Part shown: positions 11,212-21,090 of the stretch, in pieces
How the letters are laid out: each line of letters starts with the position of its first letter
Position numbering within the stretch: the stretch's first letter is position 1
Origin: Octopus bimaculoides
Taxonomy: Eukaryota
Reading direction: 5' to 3'
Assembly: GCF_001194135.2 (NCBI RefSeq)
Contig: NC_068986.1
Coordinates: forward strand, 26,573,821 to 26,621,932
DNA: 48,112 bases
Translations under genes and position numbers: made by a program
The notes under the pieces: generated by a model
Database searches by the model: none
What the model saw: the letters and a program-made list of their open reading frames with translations, nothing else
What the model was told of the DNA's origin: nothing

Positions 11212-11656
11212 CATATTTGTGCTTTACCAATGGGATTCCAGGTTGGAATAGGCATTGGACGTCGCTAAATCTCACATAAATGTGTAGCTTCATGCTTAAG
11301 TATGGTAGCAGCGTTAGAGAAGTGCGATGTTGAGCAAGCTTAACAGTGTGTTCGATCGCGGCTTCGAATCCCGTTGCAAACTTTACGGCGTGTCGTCCCT
11401 TGGCAGTACACATAATCTTGCAAGCCTANNNNNNNNNNNNNNNNNNNNNNNNNNNNNNNNNNNNNNNNNNNNNNNNNNNNNNNNNNNNNNNNNNNNNNNN
11501 NNNNNNNNNNNNNNNNNNNNNNNNNNNNNNNNNNNNNNNNNNNNNNNNNNNNNNNNNNNNNNNNNNNNNNNNNNNNNNNNNNNNNNNNNNNNNNNNNNNN
11601 NNNNNNNNNNNNNNNNNNNNNNNNNNNNNNNNNNNNNNNNNNNNNNNNNNNNNNNN

Positions 11657-11930
11657 ACAAGTCCGGGCAAGGTTGTTTATGGAAGGCCAGCAGTCGCCCA
11701 TGCATACCGGCCTCCCCTCTTCACGCCACCAGTGTTATCCAAGGGAAAGGCAAAGGCCGATACAGCTTGGCACCAGTGACCTCGCAACTCATTTCTACAG
11801 CTGAGTGAAATGGAGCAACGTGAAATAAAGTGTCTTGCTCAAGAACACAACACGCAGTCCGGTCCGGGATTCGAACTCACAACATCACGATCGTAAGCTC
11901 GACGCTCTAACCACTGAGCCATGCGCCTTC
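11657..11930 (-). mobile_element. SINE family D (tRNA head, CORE-like region, tail 1)
   Basis: Head gaaggcgcatggctcagtggttagagcg, B-box gttcgaatccc and core gtgttcttgagcaagacactttatttcacgttgctcca. The 3' end runs into a gap. Confidence 0.9.
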
Positions 11931-12063
11931 ACATACGTACATACATACATACAACGATTATAATTTAACAGTCATCACATATCTTGGAGCTTATACAAAA
12001 CTACGAAAGAATACTGGTTTCAAAGGAAAAATATTTACTACTTTAAGATATAGTTACCGTAGG

Positions 12064-12240
12064 AGGCGTAGGAGTGGCTGTGTGGTAAATAGCTTACTTA
12101 CGAACCACATGGTTCCGGGTTCAGTCCCACTACGTGGAACCTCGGGCAAGTGTCTTCTATTATAGCCTCGGGCTGACCAAAGCCTTGTGAGTGGATTTGG
12201 TAGACGGAAACTGAAAGAAGTCCGTCGTATATATGTATGT
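12064..12240 (+). mobile_element. SINE family A, 5' half ending at the internal microsatellite
   Basis: gtaggagtggctgtgtggtaaatagc...gaaagaagtccgtcgtatatatg. Confidence 0.92.
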
Positions 12241-12245
12241 GTATG

Positions 12246-12283
<38 letters not shown>

Positions 12284-12686
12284 GTGGTAAAGCGTGACTG
12301 TAAACTTAACCAACCGACCTTCCAACATTTATACCAGCTATTATTTATAGAAATACATAAAAGTAGATGAGATGTTAGACTATCTTGCATTGTTTCTGAC
12401 CATCTCCGTTAGGAGTTCCATTACTCCCCGGGATGGACTTTGATGGATAATGTGTGTCATGCAATTAATAGATAGAAAGATAGATAGATGTATGTATGTA
12501 TGTATGTATGTATGCTTGCATATATGTATCCTTTTCTGTGGCATGTATCAAAGTTTGTAGAATTGAAGCTGGTCACTAATAAACAGACAAGGCATTTTTT
12601 TAAAGTGAAGACAGCTCTTGGAGTTAACGGCTATCTGAATTAGCCAGTGTGTGACTATGCTCGCCCAAGTGTGTGTGCGTGTGTAT

Positions 12687-12722
<36 letters not shown>

Positions 12723-12889
12723 CATCCGATGTTCTAACGACTCCGCCAGTGAACCACCTACAATTCAATGTTGAATACACACACACACACACACATTATT
12801 ACATTCGCATTCTTACAATAACCCCATAGTGTCATGGTTATTTATGTTATTGCTTCTCTATATTTTGATTATATTGAACAAAAAGTTGT

Positions 12890-13150
12890 AGTTATCGTGG
12901 TGGTCATCCTCCTCCTCATCATCATCATCACCATCATCATCGTCGTCGCTGTAGTGGCACTCTCTTCATCATCTTCCTTATCATTTACATCATCGTCCTC
13001 ATTATCATCATTATAATCCTCATAATCATCGACATCAACACCAACCGACCGACCGACCGACCGACCAACCAACCAACCAACCAACCAACTAAACAAATAA
13101 CAACCACCACCACCAACAACAACAACAACAACAACGATCAATACAAACAA
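12890..13150. repeat. Compound low-complexity tract (ATC)n,(CCGA)n,(CCAA)n,(AAC)n
   Basis: Direct reading. Confidence 0.9.
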
Positions 13151-13619
13151 CAAAGTAAATAACACCATACTCCTTAACCCTATCTCTGTTTTGTCTATGA
13201 CAGTTCATTGAGTAATATGATGCTTTTTTGCGGCATAGAAATACTCAGATTTGATTTCTAATGAGAGCAGTCTTTCATAACTGGTTTAATATATTAAAAC
13301 AATTTCTGCTTATTGTCATCAAAGAATATCGGCCTACCTGCCGTGTTTTAATTAGAAGAGCTATTTCATTGCCAGCCTTTGTTCGCCGGATTACTTTAAG
13401 GAGTCAATTCATTACGGCAGCCATTTTTCTATGCTATCTTCTACTTTTTACAAGTTATTATCCTGGTTCCAATATGACATTAATCAGACCGCGTAAATGG
13501 AAAGACCAACATCAAACACTGACACCAAAACGAGATATTAAGGTCATACAGCAGCAGCCAGCTTAGCTTTTTCTGAATTGGGGAGGAAAAAAAAAAGAGA
13601 AAGAAAAAAAAGAACTATA

Positions 13620-13785
13620 GTGCAAGCATGGTTTTGAGGTTAAAAAGCTCGCTTTGCAACCACGTTGTTTCAGGTTCAGTCCTACTGAGCGGCACACATT
13701 GAGCAAGTGCCTTCTATTTTAGCTTCGGGCCGACCAATGCCTTGTGAGTGAATTTGAAAGACGAAAACTGTGTGGAAGCCTGTCG

Positions 13786-13819
<34 letters not shown>

Positions 13820-13995
13820 TNNNNNNNNNNNNNNNNNNNNNNNNNNNNNNNNNNNNNNNNNNNNNNNNNNNNNNNNNNNNNNNNNNNNNNNNNNNNNNNN
13901 NNNNNNNNNNNNNNNNNNNNNNNNNNNNNNNNNNNNNNNNNNNNNNNNNNNNNNNNNNNNNNNNNNNNNNNNNNNNNNNNNNNNNNNNNNNNNNN

Positions 13996-14061
<66 letters not shown>

Positions 14062-14321
14062 ATAGTGTTAGTGTGCGTCTTTGTATCTGTGTTTGCCCTC
14101 ACTACCACTTGACAGCCGGTGTTGGTTTGTTTACATCTCCATAACTTACCGCTTCGCGGCAAAACAGACCGACAGAAAAGCATCAGATTTCAAATTACAC
14201 ACACACACACACACACATATATATCGTACCGGGGTTGATTTGTTCGAGTGAAACCCTCCAAAGCGATGCCCTAGGATAATTTCAGTCCTATGACTAAAAA
14301 AGAAAAGTAAAAGATAAAAGG
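13620..14321 (+). mobile_element. SINE family A with an expanded internal microsatellite spanning an N gap
   Basis: Head at 13620-13790 and tail at 14058-14321, ending aaaagtaaaagataaaag. Confidence 0.8.
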
Positions 14322-14722
14322 TATTTTCTCAATGAACACCAACCACATCCCTTTTTAGTAAACAAAAGTTGACACGAGAAATGATATGTCAAAACGTAAT
14401 ATTTAGTTGCTGTACTCGGTAACACACCGACAAAATACCCGAGACGTTGGCAAATGAGAATTGAAGTCAGTACACTTATAATGGCGGTTACAAGTGTCAG
14501 AGAAAAATCAATGGGAACTTTTCTTCTCACCCGCATTGAAAAGAGCTAAAGCTGGCGTTGAGTCGCCTAATCCAATCCATTAAATATATTGCGTGTGCAT
14601 GTGTGTATGTGTGTGCGTATGTGCGTGCATGAGTGTGTGTGCCTGTTTGTGAGGTCTGTTCATACAGACATATCTATAAACATAAATTTAACACATCTAC
14701 ACACACACACAGACACAAACAG

Positions 14723-14753
<31 letters not shown>

Positions 14754-14791
14754 ATCATAAATATATAGGGATTGACAGTAACCTGCTTCTC

Positions 14792-15023
14792 CAACATACA
14801 GAGAATTCAGAAATAGCAGTCAAAGAACTACTGATTTCAAAACTACAAATTATTACTCCAGATTGATAAAGGCAAGTGTTAACTAAAGGCAAGTGTTTTT
14901 TACTCTTCTCTATTGTTTTTTGTTCTGTGTGTATCAAAAATATCACTATCAATCTGGAGTAATAATTTGTAGTTTTGAAATCAGTAGTTCTTTGACTGCT
15001 ATTTCTGAATTCTCAGTATGTTG
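14792..15023. repeat. 77-bp inverted repeat with a 78-bp spacer
   Basis: 14792-14868 versus the reverse complement of 14947-15023 shows 76 of 77 identity. The right arm ends at an N gap. Confidence 0.92.
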
Positions 15024-15309
15024 NNNNNNNNNNNNNNNNNNNNNNNNNNNNNNNNNNNNNNNNNNNNNNNNNNNNNNNNNNNNNNNNNNNNNNNNNNNNN
15101 NNNNNNNNNNNNNNNNNNNNNNNNNNNNNNNNNNNNNNNNNNNNNNNNNNNNNNNNNNNNNNNNNNNNNNNNNNNNNNNNNNNNNNNNNNNNNNNNNNNN
15201 NNNNNNNNNNNNNNNNNNNNNNNNNNNNNNNNNNNNNNNNNNNNNNNNNNNNNNNNNNNNNNNNNNNNNNNNNNNNNNNNNNNNNNNNNNNNNNNNNNNN
15301 NNNNNNNNN

Positions 15310-15343
<34 letters not shown>

Positions 15344-15346
<3 letters not shown>

Positions 15347-15503
15347 CTACTCTAGGCACAAGGCCCGAAATTTTTGGGGAGGAGGCCAGTCGATTAGATC
15401 GACCCCAGTACGCAACTGGTACTTAATTTATCGACCTCGAAAAGATGAAAGGCAAAGTTGACCTCGGCGGAATTTGAACTCAGAGCATAAAGACAGACGA
15501 AAT
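15344..15503 (-). mobile_element. SINE family B, 5'-truncated
   Basis: gtcgattagatcgaccccagtacgcaactggtacttaatttatcgacctcgaaaagatgaaaggcaaag. Confidence 0.9.
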
Positions 15504-15673
15504 ATATATTTATATATAACGTTGACCACTAACGTGGACATTCAATGTGCTAGAAATAGATCACATCTTGTGTCTATTAAGACCTAAATTGTTCTCAACA
15601 TGAAATATAGCGGAATACCAAAATGTAAGCGGGCAAGACATTTAAAATCACCGAAAAAAAACTCATTATTAAA

Positions 15674-15730
15674 CAGGGACCGGTTTCGGATTTAACGAAT
15701 CTTACCGATTGTCTATTCCTCTTCAGCCTG
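15674..15730 (-). ncRNA. Minimal type I hammerhead ribozyme motif, intact core, GUC site
   Basis: The - strand reads cagg-CTGAAGA-gga(26 nt)tcc-GAAA-c-cg-GTC-cctg. Stem I is cagg/cctg, G10.1-C11.1 is present, and stem III is the ACCGGT palindrome. Confidence 0.8.
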
Positions 15731-16473
15731 ATTTGTAATGTAACCACAATCATCAGAACCCTATACAAAGTTGCCCACCGCCATAGGTGCGCGTGTATAT
15801 GGTTCTGCTAATTACAGCTTAATGGTAAAATTCAAAAGTCTTCGTTTTGGCGCGCTAATTCCAGAAATATGTCTGCAGAAAATATTTACTGCGTCGTATA
15901 TATCCAGTATGAGAACTCGGTAATGGGTAATATATTATTACAAAATATGGTAAATAAATATATATATATATATAGGATATGAAATAGAGAGTGAAGTGGA
16001 GGAATGAAAATAGACGTGAGAAGATTTAGCACCTATGCTAAAATCTTCAAGTCTTTGATTAGCAGATCTATATATCCGGAAATGTTCTATTGTGCCCTAT
16101 ACCCTTTATTNNNNNNNNNNNNNNNNNNNNNNNNNNNNNNNNNNNNNNNNNNNNNNNNNNNNNNNNNNNNNNNNNNNNNNNNNNNNNNNNNNNNNNNNNN
16201 NNNNNNNNNNNNNNNNNNNNNNNNNNNNNNNNNNNNNNNNNNNNNNNNNNNNNNNNNNNNNNNNNNNNNNNNNNNNNNNNNNNNNNNNNNNNNNNNNNNN
16301 NNNNNNNNNNNNNNNNNNNNNNNNNNNNGTATATAAAAAGTCAAAACACAATTCTGCCAAAACCAAAACCATGCTAAAGTAACACCGCGCAAGCCGAGTG
16401 CTGCACAAACCGAGAAAGAATTGATAAGTCAATGAATAAACTCTCAGACACAGACTGGCTATCGTAGCATGCG

Positions 16474-16526
<53 letters not shown>

Positions 16527-16611
16527 CATGTATGTACATATATATTGATCATTATGCAAGCATCTGGCAACATGGTTTGGACTGATTCAACTTTCGCAGG
16601 CGCCCCCGACA

Positions 16612-17164
16612 TTTTAACATCCTCCCGGCTGAACTCTCGACCCTTCGATGTCTCCGACGCTGCAAAGATATCATCATCATCATAAAACTGGCCGACAAGT
16701 GTGGAGCCGTCGTGGTGTGACGCGCAGACCTCTACAAAGTTGAAGCTCTCTGCCAATTTCAAGACACCTCCTTCTATTGCCCTCTGTCCTCCAACCTCAC
16801 GCCTAACTACCAACAGACTGTGTCCTCCACTATCCATGACCTCATTTCCTCCTCCCGTCTCTCTCCTATTGCCTCCAGCCTCATTGTCCGCACTCCACGA
16901 CTCCCACCTTTTACTTCCTTCCCAAAATCCACAAGCCCAACCAACAACCCTGGCTGCGCCATCATCTCCGCGTGCAACTGCCCTACGGAATTGATCTCTA
17001 AATACCTCGACCTTGTCCTTGCCTCCCTAGTGGCTTTCCTCTCCTCCCATATCCACGACACTAACTCTTTCTCTTCTGGCTCCTATAACCTTCTCTTCAC
17101 TCTTGATATCAAGAGTTTATATACAGTGATCCCACACAACGAAGGACTTCTTGCACTGAAACTT
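16612..17164 (+). mobile_element. Penelope-like element reverse transcriptase fragment (pseudogenised)
   Basis: Translates to IIIKLADKCGAVVV*RADLYKVEAL.Q.QDTSFY...TIHDLI / FYFLPKIHKP.NNPGCAIISACNCPTELISKYLD...DTN...LFTLDIKSLYTVIPHNEGLLALK, which are characteristic Penelope RT motifs. There is a stop at 16718-16720 and a frameshift near 16905. Confidence 0.92.
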
Positions 17165-17729
17165 TCTGGACCTTCGACCCAATTCCAATAATAATAACTT
17201 ATATGACTTGAGATGTTTGTTTTGCCTTAACGTTTGTTGTCCTTTCACAATTACACACACACACACACACAAACACAAATGCATATACAAATGTGTGTAA
17301 TTGTTTCTTAAGAGTTGACTGATAAGATGTGAAACAGAAGACTACGATCTAGAAAGATGATACTCATTTACTTAACACTTAAAAGAGACCTCGAACAGCA
17401 CAGTTAGTTTAAGTACTGCATTGAAATTAAACTCTAATTATATATTCTAATAACTATTTTTTTCCCTTTTACGTAATGTATTAATAACAGATTAAACTGT
17501 TGCAAGAGGACTGATTTTAAAGAACCCATTAGAATATTAATGAAGTAAAATATACGTATTACATCTATCAGTCAAATCCAATTTATTTTTCTGAGTGCTT
17601 TCCCTCTTTATTTGTAGCTGCAGAGTGAATAGGAAGAGTTTCTAATAATAACAATAAATGGTAGAAATAAACCTATCTCTAACATATGAATGTAAAATGT
17701 TATTACGTTGTTATTTAATTGACAACCCA

Positions 17730-17820
17730 GTTTTAAATTCCGCCATGTTTGACTTCTGCCTTCCATTCTCCCGGGTTCGATGAGATAAGAACTAGTATTG
17801 AGGGTCGATATAATCGATTG
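17730..17820 (+). mobile_element. SINE family B fragment
   Basis: ttttaaattccgccatgtttgacttctgccttccattctcccgggttcgatgagataag. Confidence 0.65.
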
Positions 17821-17944
17821 TTATTTCCATCTTCAGTTTTACGGCTTTAACGCCAATGCTATAAAATATTTAATCTATATCTTAAACGAACCAGTGAGCT
17901 CGCCGTTGTCATGACTTCGACTCTATAGACAAAGAGACTATCTC

Positions 17945-18012
17945 GAAACTATAGGTTCATTAGGCCGAAGTTCAACTCTGGTTAAACTTCGGCCTAATGG
18001 GCCTATAGTTTC
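17945..18012 (+). other. 68-nt hairpin (28-bp stem, fully paired with two G-U wobbles on the + strand)
   Basis: gaaactataggttcattaggccgaagtt / aacttcggcctaatgggcctatagtttc, with loop caactctggtta. Confidence 0.92.
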
Positions 18013-18049
18013 CGTGGCTTTTAAGTGACTAAGAGTACAAGAAAACCTC

Positions 18050-18180
18050 CCTACTCATTTTCAGTTGATCGGACTGAGGCAACGTGAAATGAAGTGTTTT
18101 GCTCAAGGACACAAAGTGCAGCGAAGTTCGAAAATCGAATCTAAAAACTAATGATCACGAGCTCAACACCCAAACTACTA
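18050..18180 (-). mobile_element. SINE family D, degenerate head and core
   Basis: gcaacgtgaaatgaagtgttttgctcaaggacaca...aatcgaatc...gatcacgag. Confidence 0.7.
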
Positions 18181-18190
18181 CTCCCCACAC

Positions 18191-18348
18191 ATTGATCCTA
18201 GAACTCAATTAGTACTTATTTCATCGACTCCGAAAGGATGCCAGGTAAAGTCGACTCCGGTGGAATTCGAACTCAGAACGTGAAGACAGGAAAAATGCTG
18301 CTAAGCACTTTGCTCAGCGTGCCAACGAGTCTGCCAGTTCACTACCTT
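18191..18348 (-). mobile_element. SINE family B
   Basis: Family B core and head motifs on the - strand. Confidence 0.85.
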
Positions 18349-18365
18349 TAATGAGACTTAATATT

Positions 18366-18564
18366 GGTTTCAACAATTTCGGGGGGATGAGTTTAGTCGA
18401 TTACATCGACCACAGTTCTCAGCTAGTACTTATTTTATCGAACTCCGAAGTAATAAATGGCAAAGTCGACGATAGCGGAATTTGAACTCAGATCGTGAAG
18501 ACGGACGAAATACTACCGAGCATTATTGCCCGTCGTGCTAACTATTCTGCCAGCTCACCGCCTT
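18366..18564 (-). mobile_element. SINE family B with a 17-bp TSD-like flank
   Basis: Flanked by taatgagacttaatatt (18349-18365) and taacgagactaaatatt (18565-18581). Confidence 0.88.
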
Positions 18565-18749
18565 TAACGAGACTAAATATTTATAAGATATTTATTCAGA
18601 CAGGCGGATTAACACTGATATTCTATCACCTTTTACCCCGCGAATATGCTACATATTTTACAGGCTTCATTTATATCCAGGGATTTCATCAACACGTAAC
18701 TAGGGGAGTGAAGCTCTAGGAATTTAATCAATACATATCTACAGGAGAT

Positions 18750-18962
18750 GGGTGCTCGACCTGAAGAAAATTCTAACTAGGTCCCCACCTGCAAGGTCAT
18801 GCATTGTTTATCATGATATGAGGTCACATGTCGCGCACATATGGTTGTAATGCATGTGCCTGGTGCGTCCTTATCAGACGGGGAGTCATGGATGGATAAA
18901 TGGGGCTTCGTATATTTGTACCCTAGCGAGATTTTGATGGCGTATGCTGCTCTCTCTCATTC
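18750..18962 (+). mobile_element. Probable retroelement 3' end, family unassigned, followed by (AAT)n
   Basis: Ends in an (AAT)n tail like the adjacent Dong-like fragments. Only one copy occurs in the window, so repeat status rests on recollection. Confidence 0.35.
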
Positions 18963-19008
18963 AATAATAATAATGATGATGATGATGATGATACTAATAA
19001 CAACAACA

Positions 19009-19199
19009 TGGCTAAAAGAGACTGATGCAAGTGTGAAGGTAGAACACCTACAAAAATCAGCATTGCTTGGAACTGCAAGAATTCTTCGCAGAGTTCTTGA
19101 AGCATGACCAGTAAACAAGTGTCACCTTAGTCTGCTGGCTGTGGTCAACTGACACTTCCCATCATGCCCAGCAAAATAAACTGTGAGTTTTCATCACAT
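19009..19199 (+). mobile_element. R4/Dong-type non-LTR retrotransposon, extreme 3' end (subfamily 1)
   Basis: WLKETDASVKVEHLQKSALLGTARILRRVLEA* (stop at 19105-19107), then a 3' UTR. Bordered by AAT/AAC tracts. Confidence 0.88.
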
Positions 19200-19247
19200 A
19201 ATAATAATAATAACAACAACAACAACAACCACAACAATAATAATAAT

Positions 19248-20234
19248 TGAATGAGTGTGTCCGCTTGCCGATTATTTGATAAATAATGATGAAGACCTGC
19301 TGCAATATGCTGCGAAAGATATGGGTGTAAATGTAGACGAAATGATGGGCAAAGCAGAGTTTAACCAAAGAGCTGAGGTGAAGAGAAAAGAAGACCTTCT
19401 TGAAATAAGAATGCATGGACAGTTTGAAAGGAATATACAGGGCGTTAAGGATAATACAGCATCGTGGGCATGGCTTGAGCGGGGGGATTTGAAGCGTTCC
19501 ACCGAAAGCCTGATCATTGCTGCACAAGATCAGGTTCTCGCTACTAATTCAGTGAAGTATGACGTCTATAAAACTTCTGACACCCAGAAATGCAGACTCT
19601 GTGGAAAAAGTGTAGAAAATGTGACCCACTTGCTAAGTGTATGTGAGAACCTTGCACAATAAGAATACAAGCGCCGCCACGATAAAGTGTGTGTGTATCT
19701 TCATTGGCTCTTATGCCGTAAATACCAATATGAAGTAACAGAGAACTGGTATGAGCATGTACCAAGTAAAGTTATGCAGGAGGATGGAAAAGTCGCGATA
19801 CTCTAGGACTACGATTTTCAGACGGATCGTGTAATTGAACACCGTCGGCCGGATAGTGTAATATTGAATAAGAGAGACAAATACTGTCAGATCATTGATG
19901 TAGCCATACCAAATGACATGAATGTCGTGAGTAAAAAGGTTGAAAAAATCGCCAAGTACTCTGAATTGAAAGTGGAAATGGCAAGACTGTATGGAACGCG
20001 AGAGGATAATGTAAAAGTGAGACCAGTGGTGATCAAAGCATTGGGTTCAGTCCCATTGAAACTTCAAAACTTCTTAAGGCAACTGGAAATTCATGGAAGA
20101 TTGATGTCTTGCAAAAAGCAGGCTTATTGGGCACAGAGTATATCTTAAGGTAAGTATTATCTGTCTGAGGTCCTTGTTGTGACTTGACAGATGACGAAAG
20201 ACTCCGATGCGTTTTTACCTACACTGTTACGAAA

Positions 20235-20235
<1 letters not shown>
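19248..20235 (+). mobile_element. R4/Dong-type non-LTR retrotransposon 3' fragment with CCHC finger and RLE endonuclease (subfamily 2)
   Basis: WLERGDLKRSTESLIIAAQDQ, CRLCGKSVENVTHLLSVC, RRHDKV, RRPD..IIDVAIP..EKIAKY, LQKAGLLG. In-frame stops at 19660 and 19804 and a frameshift near 20100. (AAT)n tail at 20236-20293. Confidence 0.95.
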
Positions 20236-20293
<58 letters not shown>

Positions 20294-20294
20294 G

Positions 20295-20420
20295 TTGTTT
20301 CTAATTAAAACATAAGGCTAGAAATTTGTGGGATGTGGTTGCTAACGTCTTATATCGACTAGTACTTTATTTTATTGACTCCGCAGGAATGAAAGAAAAA
20401 ACTGACTAAAATGAACGTGA
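20295..20420 (-). mobile_element. SINE family B, degenerate 3' part
   Basis: acataaggctagaaatttgtggga...atatcgac...tactttattttattgactccgcaggaatgaaag. Confidence 0.6.
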
Positions 20421-20496
20421 AATTATAAGTTACCATACCTATGTAATATTACTGGATACTACCCGCTCTGGAAAAAAAATGTATTCTCAACATTGA

Positions 20497-20615
20497 CTGT
20501 CATACGACAGTTAACACTAAACAATGTACAACAACCTTGAGTTGAATATCGCTAAACATCGATCAAACAGCTTCTCGAATTCGATGGTGACACCCACACA
20601 AAAACATCAAACAAA
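20497..20615 (+). repeat. Dispersed direct repeat, copy 1 (partner at 24999-25148)
   Basis: acaatgtacaacaaccttgagttgaa and gaattcgatggtgacacccacacaaaaacatcaaacaaa are shared by both copies. Confidence 0.9.
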
Positions 20616-21047
20616 CACAAAGAAATTTTCAATATTTACTCACTGTGGACATTTTCCTTATGGCTCGCATCTTCAAAAGAAGAAAAGAAAAACAGTTTAA
20701 ATACATAGACTTTACATACATACATGCATACATACATACATACATACATACATACAATACAAACATCCATCCATCCATCCCTCCATCCATCCATCCATCC
20801 ATCCATCCACACACACATACATACAAACACACACTATATATGTATATATAATAAATAATTTGGACAAATACGTATAATTCGATTAGCGTGTTTAAATGTT
20901 GAGTGAGAGCACCGGCACAGTTTAGGCTACCTGTTGTCATCCGCAGTTGTGGCACAGTTGGATCTACTTCAGGAACTCCGCAGTGGCAGTTAGAGTAATA
21001 TTATCAATTAATAGTAGGAGATGGATTTCGTATTAGACTTTTATTAG

Positions 21048-21090
21048 GTACAACATGTTTCGACCCATCATTCTGGGCCTCTTCATGTAC
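21048..21090 (-). ncRNA. Degenerate minimal hammerhead motif (C3A core mutation)
   Basis: The - strand reads gtac-aTGAAGA-ggccc(agaatgat)gggtc-GAAA-c-at-GTT-gtac, followed by ctaataaaag. Confidence 0.6.
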
